A stretch of 64,000 nt of DNA from NCBI GenBank assembly GCA_036654375.1, contig JAVVSD010000006.1:3084-67083 (forward strand), given 5' to 3'. Shown here one piece after another: positions 1 through 10,945 of the stretch; positions within the stretch are counted from its first letter, which is position 1; each line of letters begins with the position of its first letter. The stretch comes from Oscillospiraceae bacterium. Its GTDB lineage: Bacteria > Bacillota > Clostridia > Oscillospirales > Acutalibacteraceae. Made by a program: the position numbers and the translations under genes. The notes below the pieces were generated by a model, which did not search any database, had not been told where the DNA came from, and worked only from the letters and a program-made list of their open reading frames with translations.

Positions 1-378
1 ACATTTCCAGGGGCGGAGGAGCTTTGCAATCTTTCACTCGATGATTTTGCTCCGCTTCGTGCAGGCTTTAGGAACAAATACATTCTTGATGCGGCACAAA
101 AGGTTGCAAGCGGAGAAGTTGACATTTATAAATTAAAGGATATGCCAATTGAGCAGGCGTGTGAAGAGCTTTTGAAAATCAAGGGAGTTGGTGCAAAGGT
201 TGCACAATGCACGCTTCTTTATGGCTGCGAACACATTGACGCGTTTCCTGTTGATGTCTGGGTAAAAAGAGTGATGTCAGAGCTTTATGAAAACGGGCTT
301 CCGGAATGTACAAAAGGTTTTGAGGGAATTGCGCAGCAATACTTGTTTCACTGGCGACGAAATTCAAAAAACTTTTAA
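1..378 (+). CDS. ogg: 8-oxoguanine DNA glycosylase / DNA lyase (HhH-GPD family), 5' end outside window
   Basis: Frame 1 is open from base 1 (TFPGAEELCNLSLDDFAPLRAGFRNKYILDAAQKV...). It has the helix-hairpin-helix LLKIKGVGAKVAQC and the DAFPVDVWVKRV segment typical of Ogg-type glycosylases. Confidence 0.7.
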   Translation, partial: TFPGAEELCNLSLDDFAPLRAGFRNKYILDAAQKVASGEVDIYKLKDMPIEQACEELLKIKGVGAKVAQCTLLYGCEHIDAFPVDVWVKRVMSELYENGLPECTKGFEGIAQQYLFHWRRNSKNF

Positions 379-387
379 GGAGAAAGC

Positions 388-792
388 ATGGATATACAAT
401 ATAAAGAAACAAAAGATTTTTCAAAGGCTGAGCTACAGGATTTGTTTTTGGCAGTTGAATGGGCCTCGGGGAAACACCCAGAAATCTTAGAGCAAGCCAT
501 GATAAACTACAACACTGTTTTTTCGGCATGGGATGGCAACAAGCTTGTTGGATTAATCAGTGCGTTGGATGACACGGTTATGACGGCATATATACAGTAT
601 GTGCTTGTAAGACCAGACTATCAGGGATTTGGTATTGGCAGAGAGCTTGTAAAAATGACAAAGGAAAAATACAAGGAATTTTTACGCGTAATTCTTATTG
701 CTGTAAATGGCGAAATAAATTTTTATAGAAACTGTGGATTTGAAGTTGAGACAGATACAACTCCAATGTCTATTTCAATACTTGAGGACTAA
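388..792 (+). CDS. GNAT family N-acetyltransferase
   Basis: 134-aa ORF with RBS aaggagaaagc upstream. Carries the acetyl-CoA binding signature [15 protein letters not shown] and a C-terminal FYRNCGF. Confidence 0.7.
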   Translation: MDIQYKETKDFSKAELQDLFLAVEWASGKHPEILEQAMINYNTVFSAWDGNKLVGLISALDDTVMTAYIQYVLVRPDYQGFGIGRELVKMTKEKYKEFLRVILIAVNGEINFYRNCGFEVETDTTPMSISILED

Positions 793-802
793 AGGAGAAA
801 AA

Positions 803-1813
803 ATGATAAAAAAATATTTTATGGGAATTCTCATTTGCATTGCAATTGCGATTCCTGCATGGTACCTTGGAAATCTTGTACCAGTTGTTGGTGGGCCTGT
901 GTTTGCAATACTTGCAGGGATGGTTATCACGCTTTTTTTAAAAAACAAGACAAACCTTCAGGCAGGAATAAATTACACTTCAAAAAAGATCTTACAATAT
1001 GCAGTTATACTGCTGGGCTTTGGGCTTAACCTTTCAACAATACTTAAAACAGGCAGTCAGTCCTTGCCGATAATTCTTGTAACGATATCAACTTCATTAA
1101 TAGTTTCTTTTGTGCTTTGCAAGGTGCTAAAGATGCCAACAAAGATAGCAACGCTTATCGGAGTTGGCTCAAGTATTTGTGGAGGCTCTGCGATAGCTGC
1201 AACTGCACCCGTCATTGATGCGGACGATGAGGACATTGCACAGTCAATTTCGGTAATCTTTTTGTTCAATGTAATTGCGGCACTGATATTTCCAACGCTT
1301 GGTGCGGCAATTGGGCTGTCAAACGAGGGCTTTGGCCTGTTTGCAGGAACAGCAATAAACGACACCTCATCAGTAACAGCCGCGGCAGCAGCATGGGACG
1401 GCATACATAGCAGCAACACACTCGACTCAGCAACAATTGTAAAACTGACGAGAACGCTTGCAATAATTCCAATAACACTTGTCCTTGCATTTTGGAGAAC
1501 AAAAAAGGAAAAGAGCGAGCATGGTGGAAAGGTTGATATGAAAAAGATTTTTCCGTTTTTTATTTTATATTTTATCCTTGCATCAGTCATTACAACGATT
1601 GCAACAAGCTTTGGCGTTTCTGCAAGCTTTTTTAGTCCGTTCAAAATCCTCAGCAAGTTCTTTATAGTCATGGCAATGGCGGCAATTGGTCTTAATACAG
1701 ACATTGTAAAGCTTGTGAAAAGTGGAGGAAAGCCTATTTTCCTTGGGCTGTGTTGCTGGATAAGCATCGCGTGTGTAAGCCTTGCAATGCAACATTTCAT
1801 GGGAATATTTTAA
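803..1813 (+). CDS. YeiH/UPF0324 family integral membrane protein (putative sulfate-exporter family)
   Basis: ATG at 803 preceded by aaaggagaaaaa. Polytopic hydrophobic protein with the [19 protein letters not shown] motif characteristic of YeiH-type proteins. Confidence 0.75.
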   Translation: MIKKYFMGILICIAIAIPAWYLGNLVPVVGGPVFAILAGMVITLFLKNKTNLQAGINYTSKKILQYAVILLGFGLNLSTILKTGSQSLPIILVTISTSLIVSFVLCKVLKMPTKIATLIGVGSSICGGSAIAATAPVIDADDEDIAQSISVIFLFNVIAALIFPTLGAAIGLSNEGFGLFAGTAINDTSSVTAAAAAWDGIHSSNTLDSATIVKLTRTLAIIPITLVLAFWRTKKEKSEHGGKVDMKKIFPFFILYFILASVITTIATSFGVSASFFSPFKILSKFFIVMAMAAIGLNTDIVKLVKSGGKPIFLGLCCWISIACVSLAMQHFMGIF

Positions 1814-2152
1814 CTTGTTTTACTTCACTATAATAAGGCATAGTAAAAGGCTCTTTGAAGGTAAGCTTGAAAGAACATATTTGATGTTAAATAGAAGTGA
1901 TAAAAGCGGAAAATAATGCAACTTTAAGTTGCGGGGCAAGTGCATTTGAGCAGACAGCAAAAGCTGTTCTCAAATCACAATAAAGCTGAGGACTGTTTTT
2001 ACCAAGACTGCACAGAGATATGTCGTTGTGTTGAAAAGGGCTGAAAAAAAGCCAATAGCGTGAGGAAGTCGTTGTTATTTTATGGATAGACAAAGAAAAG
2101 TATTAAAAACTCATTTCTAATTAGAGATGTATGTTTTTATCTGCAATAAAAA

Positions 2153-2195
2153 GCCCCAATTGTAGTTATAAAGGACTACAATTGAGGCTTTTGTA
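2153..2195. terminator. Bidirectional intrinsic terminator between the yeiH-like gene and the decarboxylase operon
   Basis: Stem gccccaattgtagt / actacaattgaggc, flanked by an A-run upstream and ttttg downstream. On the minus strand it is followed by ctttttatt. Confidence 0.6.
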
Positions 2196-2266
2196 TATTG
2201 TTCGTTTCTACTGATTTTGTGGTGGTCGAGCTTTTTAATACTTAAACAAAAACAGCTGTTGGTTTA

Positions 2267-3448
2267 TTATTTTGCGCCAAAGAGTAAAAGGAAAAATCCG
2301 GCGGCAACTGCAGAGCCGATAACACCAGCAACATTAGGTCCCATAGCATACATGAGAAGGAAGTTAGATGGGTTTGCTTTTTGTCCCTCGGTCTGTGCAA
2401 CGCGAGCAGCCATTGGAACAGCTGAAACTCCAGCGGCACCGATGAGAGGATTAACCTTGCCTTTTGTGACAAAGCACATAAGCTTGCCGAGAAGAACTCC
2501 ACCAACAGTTGCAAAAGCAAAGGCAATAAGCCCAAGACAGATGATGGCAAGAGTCTGAACCTTAAGGAATACAGCGCCGTTTGCAGTCGCACCAACGGTT
2601 ACACCAAGCATGATTGTAACGATGTTGATAAGCGAATTTTGTGCCGTGTCGGAAAGCCGTTCTGTAACGCCTGACTCTCTGAACAGGTTGCCAAGCATAA
2701 GCATACCTATAAGAGCGGCAACATCTGGAATCATGAGTGTGCAAATTACTGTGACCACAACAGGGAAAATAATCTTTTCGGTCTTGCTGACCTTGCGAAG
2801 GTTTTCCATCTTGATTTCACGCTCTTTTTTTGTCGTAAGAGCGCGCATGATTGGAGGCTGGATAAGCGGGATAAGTGCCATATAGGAATATGCCGCGACG
2901 GCAATCGGCCCCAAAAGTTCGGGTGCCAATTTGGAGGTCAGGAATATTGCCGTGGGTCCGTCTGCACCTCCGATAATTGCGATAGAAGCTGCCTGCTCTG
3001 GTGTGAAAATTCCAATAGCAAGAGCGATGAGGAACGCAATAAAAATACCAAATTGTGCAGCAGCACCAAGCAAAAGGCTTGATGGACGAGCAAGTAAAGG
3101 ACCAAAGTCTGTCATTGCGCCAACGCCAAGGAAAATAAGACAAGGGAATATACTGCTCTTAACGCCTGCATAAATCAGCCGCAAGACACCGCTGTCATAC
3201 CAATGTGCTCCTGCTACCAGTTGGGAGGCGTCCATAATTCCTGCGGGATCTGCCATAATTCCCGTCGAGGGAAGGTTTGCAAGTAACATACCAAAAGCTA
3301 TCGGCAGAAGCAGAAGTGGCTCAAATTTTTTAACTATTGCCATGTACAAAAGTGCAAAGGCAACAAGCATCATAACACCCTGTTGCCAAGTCAAGGCGGC
3401 AAAGCCTGAGTTGGCAATGGTTTCTCTGAATACATCAAGAATATTCAT
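2267..3448 (-). CDS. oadB: Sodium ion-translocating decarboxylase, beta subunit
   Basis: 393-aa polytopic protein with N-terminus [60 protein letters not shown], typical of OadB/GcdB/MmdB. It is the last gene of a four-gene decarboxylase operon. Confidence 0.9.
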   Translation of the reverse strand: MNILDVFRETIANSGFAALTWQQGVMMLVAFALLYMAIVKKFEPLLLLPIAFGMLLANLPSTGIMADPAGIMDASQLVAGAHWYDSGVLRLIYAGVKSSIFPCLIFLGVGAMTDFGPLLARPSSLLLGAAAQFGIFIAFLIALAIGIFTPEQAASIAIIGGADGPTAIFLTSKLAPELLGPIAVAAYSYMALIPLIQPPIMRALTTKKEREIKMENLRKVSKTEKIIFPVVVTVICTLMIPDVAALIGMLMLGNLFRESGVTERLSDTAQNSLINIVTIMLGVTVGATANGAVFLKVQTLAIICLGLIAFAFATVGGVLLGKLMCFVTKGKVNPLIGAAGVSAVPMAARVAQTEGQKANPSNFLLMYAMGPNVAGVIGSAVAAGFFLLLFGAK

Positions 3449-3459
3449 CCTTATCCTCC

Positions 3460-3837
3460 TTATAAGACGACAAGAACATCATCGGTATTAACAACGCTGC
3501 CCTTTGATACGAGAACCTGCTTGACAACACCGTCAGCAGGAGCAAAAATCTCATTTTCCATCTTCATTGCCTCAAGTACAACAAGAAGCTCTCCTGATTT
3601 AACACTTTGTCCAACGCTAACACTAACAGACATGATGTTGCCTGGCATTGGAGAAACAACATTTGTGCCTCCACTTACTGTGGCAGGTGCAGCTGCAGGT
3701 GTTGAAGAAGCAGGGGGTGCAGTGGAAACTGCAACGGGTGCTGAAACAGGAGCATCTGTAACGCTTGTAAGAATTGCATTACTCTCTGTAACTTCAACTT
3801 CATAATTTTTGTTATTTAAGGATACTACATATTTCAT
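3460..3837 (-). CDS. Biotin carboxyl carrier subunit of the decarboxylase (biotinyl domain)
   Basis: 125 aa with an Ala/Pro-rich linker followed by the biotinylation motif [10 protein letters not shown]. Confidence 0.85.
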   Translation of the reverse strand: MKYVVSLNNKNYEVEVTESNAILTSVTDAPVSAPVAVSTAPPASSTPAAAPATVSGGTNVVSPMPGNIMSVSVSVGQSVKSGELLVVLEAMKMENEIFAPADGVVKQVLVSKGSVVNTDDVLVVL

Positions 3838-4196
3838 TGTTTTTTCTCCTCTAAAAGCTTGATAGATTTAAAACTTAACCTGTTCAGCGGAATACCACTC
3901 TGGTAGCTTACGATAGCCATAAGAACAGCGGCATCAGCCTCTGAAACATTTACAAGGTCAATTTTGCCTGCCGAATTTGTGTCGGAAAGTGGTGTTCCTG
4001 GGCTGACATGAGCAATATTTATCGGTTCAGCAGAAGAGGAAGAATTATTGCCTTTTCGGGTTGAGAATACGCTGACAACCTTGGATATAATTACAACAGC
4101 AAGAGCAATAATTAAAAGTTCAATAAATACCATTGCAATACCTGTGACGGAAATTGTAAGTCCATCGAGCATTGTTAGGTCTTTGCCTGCTAACAT
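3834..4196 (-). CDS. OadG-like small membrane subunit of sodium-pump decarboxylase
   Basis: 120 aa with a single N-terminal TM helix (ISVTGIAMVFIELLIIALAVVIISKVV). Sits between the carboxyltransferase and biotin carrier genes, with a 4-nt overlap with the downstream gene. Confidence 0.6.
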   Translation of the reverse strand: MLAGKDLTMLDGLTISVTGIAMVFIELLIIALAVVIISKVVSVFSTRKGNNSSSSAEPINIAHVSPGTPLSDTNSAGKIDLVNVSEADAAVLMAIVSYQSGIPLNRLSFKSIKLLEEKKQ

Positions 4197-4210
4197 ACAT
4201 TTAACCTCCG

Positions 4211-5590
4211 TTACTGCAATTTAGTTATGGTATATGAGAATGTGTTCTTTTCTTTTTGTGCGCGCTTCTCAAAAAACTTTTCTGCCTGTGCAGGGAAAGC
4301 AATATAAGAAAGAACATCCTCGTCGCTTTTTGCAATATCTCCAAGCTCTGCTTTTGCTCTTTCAAATTCAGGCTTAAGTGTGTTTGCAAAACGCTCTGTG
4401 ATTGGTTTGTCGTCGCCAAGAACTATCTTTTCAAGCTCTTTGCTGACTTTTCCGGGAGCTTTGCCGTATTCACCTCTGATATAAGACTTGACTTCTTTTG
4501 AGATGTTTTTATATCTTTCACCTGAAAGAACATTTGCAGTGGCTTGAACACCAACCATTTGGCTCATAGGAGTAACAAGCGGTGGGTAGCCCAAATCCTT
4601 TCTTACTCGTGGAGTTTCTGCAAGAACCTCTGGAAGTTTGTCCAGCTTATTTTGCGCGGTAAGCTGGGCGACAAGGTTTGAGAGCATACCACCAGGAATC
4701 TGATAGTTAAGAGCATCAGTTTCTGTCGAAAGAACGACGGGGTTCAAGAGTCCTGTTTCAAGCGCTCTTGCCTTGTATGGCTTAAAGAACTCATTAACTT
4801 CATTGACAGCGTCCATGTTAAGGTCAACATCATATCCCAACTGCTTGAACGCATATGCAAGAGTTTCAGTTGGTGGCTGTGAGGTTCCGCCTGACATACA
4901 GGAAATTGCAGTGTCGATTATATCTGCACCGGCCTCCACAGCCTTAAGCAAAGTGATAAGCCCAAGGCCTGTTGTTGAATGAGTGTGACAGACGATGGGA
5001 AGCTTAACATTTTCTTTAAGAGCCTTTACCAAGTCAAATGCTTCCTGTGGCCCCATGATGCCAGCCATATCCTTAATAGCAATAGAGCCAACACCCATAT
5101 CTTCCATTTGCTTTGCAAGCTTAACATAAGCGTCAAGATTGTGTATGGGGCTTATGGTGAAGCAGATAGTTCCAGATGCAAAAGCACCATTCTTAACTGT
5201 TTCATCAACTGCAACCTCAATATTTCTAACATCATTTAGTGCGTCGAAAATGCGGATAATATCAATTCCGTTTTCAACAGATTTTTTGACAAACATACGA
5301 ACAACATCATCGGGATAGTGCTTGTATCCAAGAATGTTCTGACCTCTCAGAAGCATCTGAAGCTTTGAATTAGGACAAGCGCAACGGATATTGCGTAGCC
5401 TTTCCCATGGGTCTTCGTCAAGATATCGCAAGCAGGAATCAAAAACTGCTCCACCCCAGCACTCAAGCGAATAATAATTTGCTTTATCAAGAGTTTTAAG
5501 GATAGGTGCAAACTCGGAATATGGCATACGAGTAGCAATTAGGGATTGATTTGCATCTCTCAACACGGTTTCAGTAAACTGTACTTTCAT
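4211..5590 (-). CDS. oadA: Oxaloacetate decarboxylase alpha-type carboxyltransferase subunit (no fused biotin domain)
   Basis: MKVQFTETVLRDANQSLIATRM..., with HTHSTTGLG and other HMGL-like TIM-barrel motifs of OadA/PycB/5S transcarboxylase. The ATG at 5590 is preferred over the TTG at 5608, which lies inside the GGAGG. Confidence 0.85.
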   Translation of the reverse strand: MKVQFTETVLRDANQSLIATRMPYSEFAPILKTLDKANYYSLECWGGAVFDSCLRYLDEDPWERLRNIRCACPNSKLQMLLRGQNILGYKHYPDDVVRMFVKKSVENGIDIIRIFDALNDVRNIEVAVDETVKNGAFASGTICFTISPIHNLDAYVKLAKQMEDMGVGSIAIKDMAGIMGPQEAFDLVKALKENVKLPIVCHTHSTTGLGLITLLKAVEAGADIIDTAISCMSGGTSQPPTETLAYAFKQLGYDVDLNMDAVNEVNEFFKPYKARALETGLLNPVVLSTETDALNYQIPGGMLSNLVAQLTAQNKLDKLPEVLAETPRVRKDLGYPPLVTPMSQMVGVQATANVLSGERYKNISKEVKSYIRGEYGKAPGKVSKELEKIVLGDDKPITERFANTLKPEFERAKAELGDIAKSDEDVLSYIAFPAQAEKFFEKRAQKEKNTFSYTITKLQ

Positions 5591-5885
5591 TTTAGTGCGA
5601 ACCTCCAAATTTTTGCGAATTTGCTAAAAAAAGAAATGAGATTGTTATTTTTTTGGCAATTGTATTAATCATAGTATAAAAATGATTAAATATCAACCGA
5701 ATTGGTAATATTTTTCAAAAAATTCAAAAAATGTTTACTTTTTTTGGCAAATTTGAAAATAAATTCATACAAACAACAATTATATTTTGCAATTTATATG
5801 TAGATTTGGTATAATGTTTCTATAATATAATTAACATAATTTATTTTCGCATTCATTTATTTTAATTTGAAAGCAAGTGATAAAT

Positions 5886-6560
5886 ATGATTGAAATTAAT
5901 TCTATTAACAAAAAAGAAGCACTCAAGTATCTCGGGTATTATGATGAAAAGCCTACCGCAGATGTTTTAATCTCACTCGGCGAATGTGAGAATGAATTAT
6001 TGACAGTAATAAAGCCACGATACATATATAAGTGCTTTAATCTTATAAGATTAAATGAATTTAAAATAGCTCTCAAGGATTGTGAACTTGAGCTTAAGGG
6101 AAACTCGATTTCAAAGCACTTGTATTATTGCGAAAAAGCAGTTTTAATATGCGCAACAATTTCATCTGAAGCAGACAGGCTGATAAATAAAACTCAAGTT
6201 GATGATCTTGCAAAAGCAGTTATTATGGACAGTCTTGCAAGCGCAGCAATTGAACAGCTTTGCGACGGTATAGATGATGAAATAAAACAGGAGTTTTCCG
6301 AATACGCTATTACCAGCAGATTTTCTCCTGGATACGGTGATTTGCCACTTAGCTCCGAGCGGGATTTGCTTGCTGTTATGGATGCTCAAAGAAAAATAGG
6401 ACTCTGTATAACAGACGGAGATATGCTTTCTCCACGAAAGTCTGTAACGGCAATAGTAGGGCTTTCAAAAACCAAAATTCAAAAAAATGACCCATGTGAG
6501 GATTGCATGATAAAAACTACTTGTGAAAAACGAAAAAGAGGAGAACGCTGTGGACTTTAA
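5886..6560 (+). CDS. Methionine synthase reactivation (AdoMet-binding activation) domain protein, stand-alone
   Basis: About 225 aa containing RFSPGYGDLPL and MLSPRKSVTAIVGL, typical of the MetH activation domain. The start could be GTG 5877 or ATG 5886. The 3' end overlaps the metH start. Confidence 0.7.
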   Translation: MIEINSINKKEALKYLGYYDEKPTADVLISLGECENELLTVIKPRYIYKCFNLIRLNEFKIALKDCELELKGNSISKHLYYCEKAVLICATISSEADRLINKTQVDDLAKAVIMDSLASAAIEQLCDGIDDEIKQEFSEYAITSRFSPGYGDLPLSSERDLLAVMDAQRKIGLCITDGDMLSPRKSVTAIVGLSKTKIQKNDPCEDCMIKTTCEKRKRGERCGL

Positions 6561-8919
6561 TACTCTGCTAAAAAATGAGTTTGTATTTCTTGATGGAGCA
6601 ATGGGGACAATGCTTCAAAAAAGTGGACTAAAGGCAGGAGAAATCCCTGAACTGCTTTCAATAACAAATGCTGAAAAAATAACAGAAATACATAGACAAT
6701 ATGCTCTTTCTGGTGCAGATATAATTTATGCCAACACCTTTGGAGCAAATGCAGAGAAGCTAAAGAACTGCAAATATAGTGTTGATGAAGTTGTAAAAGC
6801 TTCAATAAAAAATGCAAAAGAGGCAGCTAAAGGAACAGATGCGTTGGTCGCACTTGACATCGGTCCAACAGGTCAAATGCTCTTACCACTTGGGACAGTA
6901 AGCTTTGACAGAGCATATGAAATATTCAAAGAACAAGTAATTGCTGGGTGTGACGCCGATGTTATTGTTATTGAAACGATGACGCAGCTTGGTGAAATTC
7001 GTGCAGCTTTACTTGCAGCAAAGGAAAACAGTGAAAAGCCCGTTATCTGCACAATGACATTTGAAAAAAATATGAGAACCTTTACAGGATGTAGTATACC
7101 CACAATGGCACTGACTTTGCAGGGACTTGGTGCAGATGCAATTGGAATAAATTGTTCGCTTGGCCCTGATGAGCTTAAACCATTGGTTGAGTTGCTTTCA
7201 AAATGGACTGATTTACCAATTGTCGTAAAGCCAAATGCAGGACTTCCAAATCTTAACATCGATGAATATGATGTTTCGGAAGAGGAGTTTGCAAAAAGTA
7301 TTAAGGAACTTATTCCACTTGGAGTTAAAATTGTTGGTGGCTGTTGCGGAACAACACCAGAATATATAAAATTATTAAAACAAAAGTTTAGAGATGAAAA
7401 ATATAAAAAGCAAAATTGCGAAATACCAAGTGCAATTTGCTCAAGCAATCGAGAAATTGCCATAAACTCTCCCAAAATCATTGGTGAAAGAATCAACCCA
7501 ACGGGCAAAAAACGTTTTAAACAAGCATTGGTAGAAAATGATATTGACTATATACTTTCACAGGCGCTTGAGCAGGTTTCAGCTGGAGCTGATATTCTTG
7601 ATGTGAATGTTGGATTGCCTGAGATTGACGAATGTGAAATGCTCACAAAAACCGTTATGGCTCTTCAGGAGGTTGTGGATACACCGCTTCAGATTGACTC
7701 ATCTGACCCCGCTTCCATTGAGGCGGCTCTGCGTATTTATAATGGTAAGGCAATAGTAAACTCAGTTAACGGAGAGCAAAAATCAATTGATACAATCCTG
7801 CCAATAGTTGCAAAATATGGTGCGTCTGTTGTCGGGCTTGCACTTGACGAAAAAGGAATTCCAAAAACTGCACAGCAAAGAGTTGAAATTGCAAAACGAA
7901 TTTTGGAAGCAGCAAAGAAGTATGGAATCCCACAGAGGGATGTATTTATAGATTGCTTAACACTTACTGCATCTGCACAGCAGGAGCAGGCAATGGAAAC
8001 ATTGTCGGCACTGAAAACGGTCAAAACACAGTTGGGTCTTAAAACTGTCCTTGGTGTGTCTAATATTTCTTTTGGATTGCCAGCAAGGGAGATGGTCAAC
8101 AGCACATTTCTTGTAATGGCATTGAATTGTGGGCTTGATTTGCCGATAATAAATCCCAATATTAATGTGATGACAGGAGCGGTTAGAGCGTTCAGAGTAC
8201 TTACCTGTGTCGACGATAATTCAGAAGAATATATTGAAGCTTATGGAAATCAGGCATTGCCATCAAATGAAATCAAAGCCACAAAAGTAATCCAAGGTGA
8301 GCTTACACTTTTTGATGCCGTCAAAAAAGGACTTAAAAACGACGCAAAAAAGCTTACGAAGGAGCTTTTAAAAACTTGTGATGTTATGAGCATCATAAAC
8401 GAAAGCATAATACCTGCACTTGATGTGGTTGGTGACGGCTTTGAAAAGGGAACCATGTTTTTGCCACAGCTTATCCAAAGTGCAAATGCGGCTCAACTTT
8501 CCTTTGAGGAGATTAAGGTAAAGCTGATAAATGAGAACCAAGCACCAGTGAGCAAAGGAAAAATCGTGCTTGCTACCGTAAAAGGAGATATTCACGATAT
8601 TGGCAAAAATATTGTGAAAGTGTTGCTTGAAAACTATGGATATACAGTTATTGACCTTGGCAATAATGTTGAGCCTCAGGCGGTTCTGGAGGCAGTTAAA
8701 AAACACAATGCCAAACTTGTTGGCTTAAGTGCGTTAATGACGACAACAATAAAAAATATGGAAAAAACTATAAGGCTTTTGCACGAAAACAATGCAGGGT
8801 GCAAAATTGTTGTTGGCGGTGCAGTTTTGACACCGGACTACGCCATGAGTATTGGAGCAGATTATTATGCTAAAGATGCAAAACAATCCGTTGATATCGC
8901 TAAAATAGTATTGACATAG
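6550..8919 (+). CDS. metH: Cobalamin-dependent methionine synthase core (Hcy-binding, pterin-binding, B12-binding domains)
   Basis: FLDGAMGTMLQ and GGCCGTTPEY (Hcy S-methyltransferase Zn site), a pterin-binding barrel, and the cobalamin motif GDIHDIGKNIV...SALMTTT. GTG 6550, after agaggag, is preferred over the ORF-track start at 6523. Confidence 0.9.
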   Translation: MDFNTLLKNEFVFLDGAMGTMLQKSGLKAGEIPELLSITNAEKITEIHRQYALSGADIIYANTFGANAEKLKNCKYSVDEVVKASIKNAKEAAKGTDALVALDIGPTGQMLLPLGTVSFDRAYEIFKEQVIAGCDADVIVIETMTQLGEIRAALLAAKENSEKPVICTMTFEKNMRTFTGCSIPTMALTLQGLGADAIGINCSLGPDELKPLVELLSKWTDLPIVVKPNAGLPNLNIDEYDVSEEEFAKSIKELIPLGVKIVGGCCGTTPEYIKLLKQKFRDEKYKKQNCEIPSAICSSNREIAINSPKIIGERINPTGKKRFKQALVENDIDYILSQALEQVSAGADILDVNVGLPEIDECEMLTKTVMALQEVVDTPLQIDSSDPASIEAALRIYNGKAIVNSVNGEQKSIDTILPIVAKYGASVVGLALDEKGIPKTAQQRVEIAKRILEAAKKYGIPQRDVFIDCLTLTASAQQEQAMETLSALKTVKTQLGLKTVLGVSNISFGLPAREMVNSTFLVMALNCGLDLPIINPNINVMTGAVRAFRVLTCVDDNSEEYIEAYGNQALPSNEIKATKVIQGELTLFDAVKKGLKNDAKKLTKELLKTCDVMSIINESIIPALDVVGDGFEKGTMFLPQLIQSANAAQLSFEEIKVKLINENQAPVSKGKIVLATVKGDIHDIGKNIVKVLLENYGYTVIDLGNNVEPQAVLEAVKKHNAKLVGLSALMTTTIKNMEKTIRLLHENNAGCKIVVGGAVLTPDYAMSIGADYYAKDAKQSVDIAKIVLT

Positions 8920-9133
8920 CTGTTATTTTTTACAGCTTGTGTAGCAATTAAAATTTAATTAACATAAGTCTTGATATGCTTTTGTTCAAGTGTTAATATA
9001 TATATTAATTTCATGACAGCTATAAACTTTTTGCACTTGATTTTGCAATGGGTCCATGGCTGTCTATATATTATTAGAAGGTGGGCATATTTGCCTCACA
9101 GAAAAGACAATATCATAGGAGGAAAATAAAACT

Positions 9134-10636
9134 ATGGCTTATTTTTACAAGGAACCGTCACATACATTCAGTGAATATCTTCTCGTGCCAGGCTATTCTG
9201 GAATTGATTGTATTCCAAATAATGTTTCGCTTAAAACACCTCTTGTAAAATTTAAAAAGGGTGAAGAGCCTGCATTAACAATGAACACACCTTTGGTATC
9301 TGCAATCATGCAGTCTGTATCAGACGATAGCATGGCAATTGCACTTGCGAAAGAGGGCGGTGTTGCTTTTGTTTATGGTTCACAGACAATAGAAAAACAA
9401 GCAGAGATGATTCGCAAGGTAAAGGATTATAAAGCTGGATTTGTTGCATCTGACTCAAATATCGCTCCAGACAAAACTCTTGCGGATATTATCGAGCTAA
9501 AAGATAAACTTGGACATTCCACAATAGCAGTTACAGAGGATGGAACAGCAAACGGGAAGCTTCTTGGAATTGTTACAAGCCGCGACTACCGCGTTAGCCG
9601 TATGTCTAAAGATGAAAAGGTTCACACATTTATGACCCCTCTGGAAAAGCTTATAACAGTAACAGAGGGAACATCACTTAAAGAGGCAAACAATATCATT
9701 TGGGATCACAAGCTTAATTCACTTCCTATAATTGATAAAAACGGCCGTCTTGTTGCCTTTGTTTTTCGCAAGGACTATGAACAGCACAAGGAAAATCCAC
9801 TTGAACTTCTTGATGGCGACAAGCGTTATGTTGTTGGAGCGGGTATCAACACACGCGACTATGAGGAGAGAGTTCCTACACTTGTTGAGGCAGGGGTTGA
9901 TGTGCTTTGTATAGATTCAAGTGAAGGCTACACTGAATGGCAGAGCAGGGTAATTAAATATATTCGCGAAAAATATGGCGACAGCGTAAAAATTGGAGCA
10001 GGAAATGTTGTTGACAGTGAAGGATTTCGCTTTCTTGCAGAAGCTGGAGCAGACTTTATAAAAATAGGTATCGGCGGAGGCTCAATCTGTATAACACGCG
10101 AAACAAAGGGGATAGGCAGAGGACAGGCAACAGCTGTTATCGAAGTTGCAAAGGCAAGAAATGAATATTTTGAGCAGACTGGAGTTTATATTCCAATTTG
10201 TGCAGACGGTGGTATCGTGCTTGATTATCACATAACACTTGCACTTGCAATGGGCTGCGATTTCTGTATGCTTGGCAGATATTTTGCACGATTTGATGAA
10301 AGCCCAACAAACAAGGTTATGGTGAATGGCAACTACATGAAGGAATATTGGGGCGAGGGCAGTGCAAGAGCGCGCAACTGGCAGCGGTATGACATGGGCG
10401 GTGCTGCAAAGCTTTCATTCGTTGAGGGCGTTGATTGTTATGTTCCATATGCAGGCTCACTTCACGACAATCTTGCAACAACACTAAGCAAGGTTAGGTC
10501 AACAATGTGCAACTGTGGGGCAATTAGCATTGCAGACCTTCAGAAAAATGCAAAGCTTACACTTGTAAGCAGTGTTTCAATTATTGAAGGCGGAGCACAT
10601 GATGTTGTTGTTAAAGATACGGTCAATCATGAATAA
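9134..10636 (+). CDS. guaB: IMP dehydrogenase
   Basis: 500 aa with a CBS-pair insert, the catalytic loop [12 protein letters not shown], and RBS aggagga upstream. Confidence 0.9.
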   Translation: MAYFYKEPSHTFSEYLLVPGYSGIDCIPNNVSLKTPLVKFKKGEEPALTMNTPLVSAIMQSVSDDSMAIALAKEGGVAFVYGSQTIEKQAEMIRKVKDYKAGFVASDSNIAPDKTLADIIELKDKLGHSTIAVTEDGTANGKLLGIVTSRDYRVSRMSKDEKVHTFMTPLEKLITVTEGTSLKEANNIIWDHKLNSLPIIDKNGRLVAFVFRKDYEQHKENPLELLDGDKRYVVGAGINTRDYEERVPTLVEAGVDVLCIDSSEGYTEWQSRVIKYIREKYGDSVKIGAGNVVDSEGFRFLAEAGADFIKIGIGGGSICITRETKGIGRGQATAVIEVAKARNEYFEQTGVYIPICADGGIVLDYHITLALAMGCDFCMLGRYFARFDESPTNKVMVNGNYMKEYWGEGSARARNWQRYDMGGAAKLSFVEGVDCYVPYAGSLHDNLATTLSKVRSTMCNCGAISIADLQKNAKLTLVSSVSIIEGGAHDVVVKDTVNHE

Positions 10637-10650
10637 TTGTAAATGAATAA

Positions 10651-10700
10651 TGTCATTCTGAAAAACTTAAAAATTTCAGAATGACATTTAAGTTTTTGTA
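10651..10700 (+). terminator. Intrinsic terminator after guaB
   Basis: Stem tgtcattctgaaa / tttcagaatgaca followed by a T-rich tail. Confidence 0.7.
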
Positions 10701-10910
10701 ACAACATAATTGTGCTGAAATGTTAGAAATCAAACAGCAAATTGTCTAACCAAACAGCAAGTTTTACTATACTATATATAATATATATATTTGCAAACAA
10801 ATAAGCATGGAAACTGTAAGAGTGTATTTAGTATTCGTTGGCTTATAAATACTATATTTTGTGGCACAAATAATTAAGTAAAATTTGCTGAAATTTTTTT
10901 TGTAAATTTG

Positions 10911-10939
10911 TTGCATTTACTAAAAACTTATGTTAAAAT
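10911..10939 (+). promoter_or_regulatory. Sigma-A type promoter of the ribosomal protein supercluster
   Basis: TTGCAT, a 17-nt spacer, then TGtTAAAAT (extended -10). Confidence 0.65.
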
Positions 10940-10945
10940 ACTTAA

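Noticed and set aside
1057..1800. A 247-aa minus-strand ORF.
   Set aside because: It lies entirely antisense to the well-supported YeiH-type membrane protein gene. It is a shadow frame with no RBS.
1814..2152. A 340-bp non-coding stretch with a few hairpins (gcaactttaagttgc, tgagcagacagc...gctgttctca) and a 68-aa minus-strand ORF. Considered as a riboswitch or sRNA.
   Set aside because: No recognisable riboswitch core, no clear promoter and terminator pair, no downstream gene in the right orientation, and the ORF has no RBS. The evidence is insufficient.
5609..5885. Searched for a SAM/T-box/B12 riboswitch upstream of the metH genes.
   Set aside because: The region is extremely AT-rich with no conserved riboswitch motifs or stable multi-helix junction. 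Only promoter-like elements for the two divergent operons are present.
6873..7508. A 211-aa minus-strand ORF inside metH. Similar ORFs occur at 7737-8159, inside the GH3 gene at 38653-39180, and at 35634-36065.
   Set aside because: These are antisense shadows of confidently assigned genes.
8920..9133. Searched for a purine riboswitch upstream of guaB.
   Set aside because: The conserved guanine-riboswitch loop and junction sequences are absent. Only a loose long-range gacagc/gctgtc pairing was seen.
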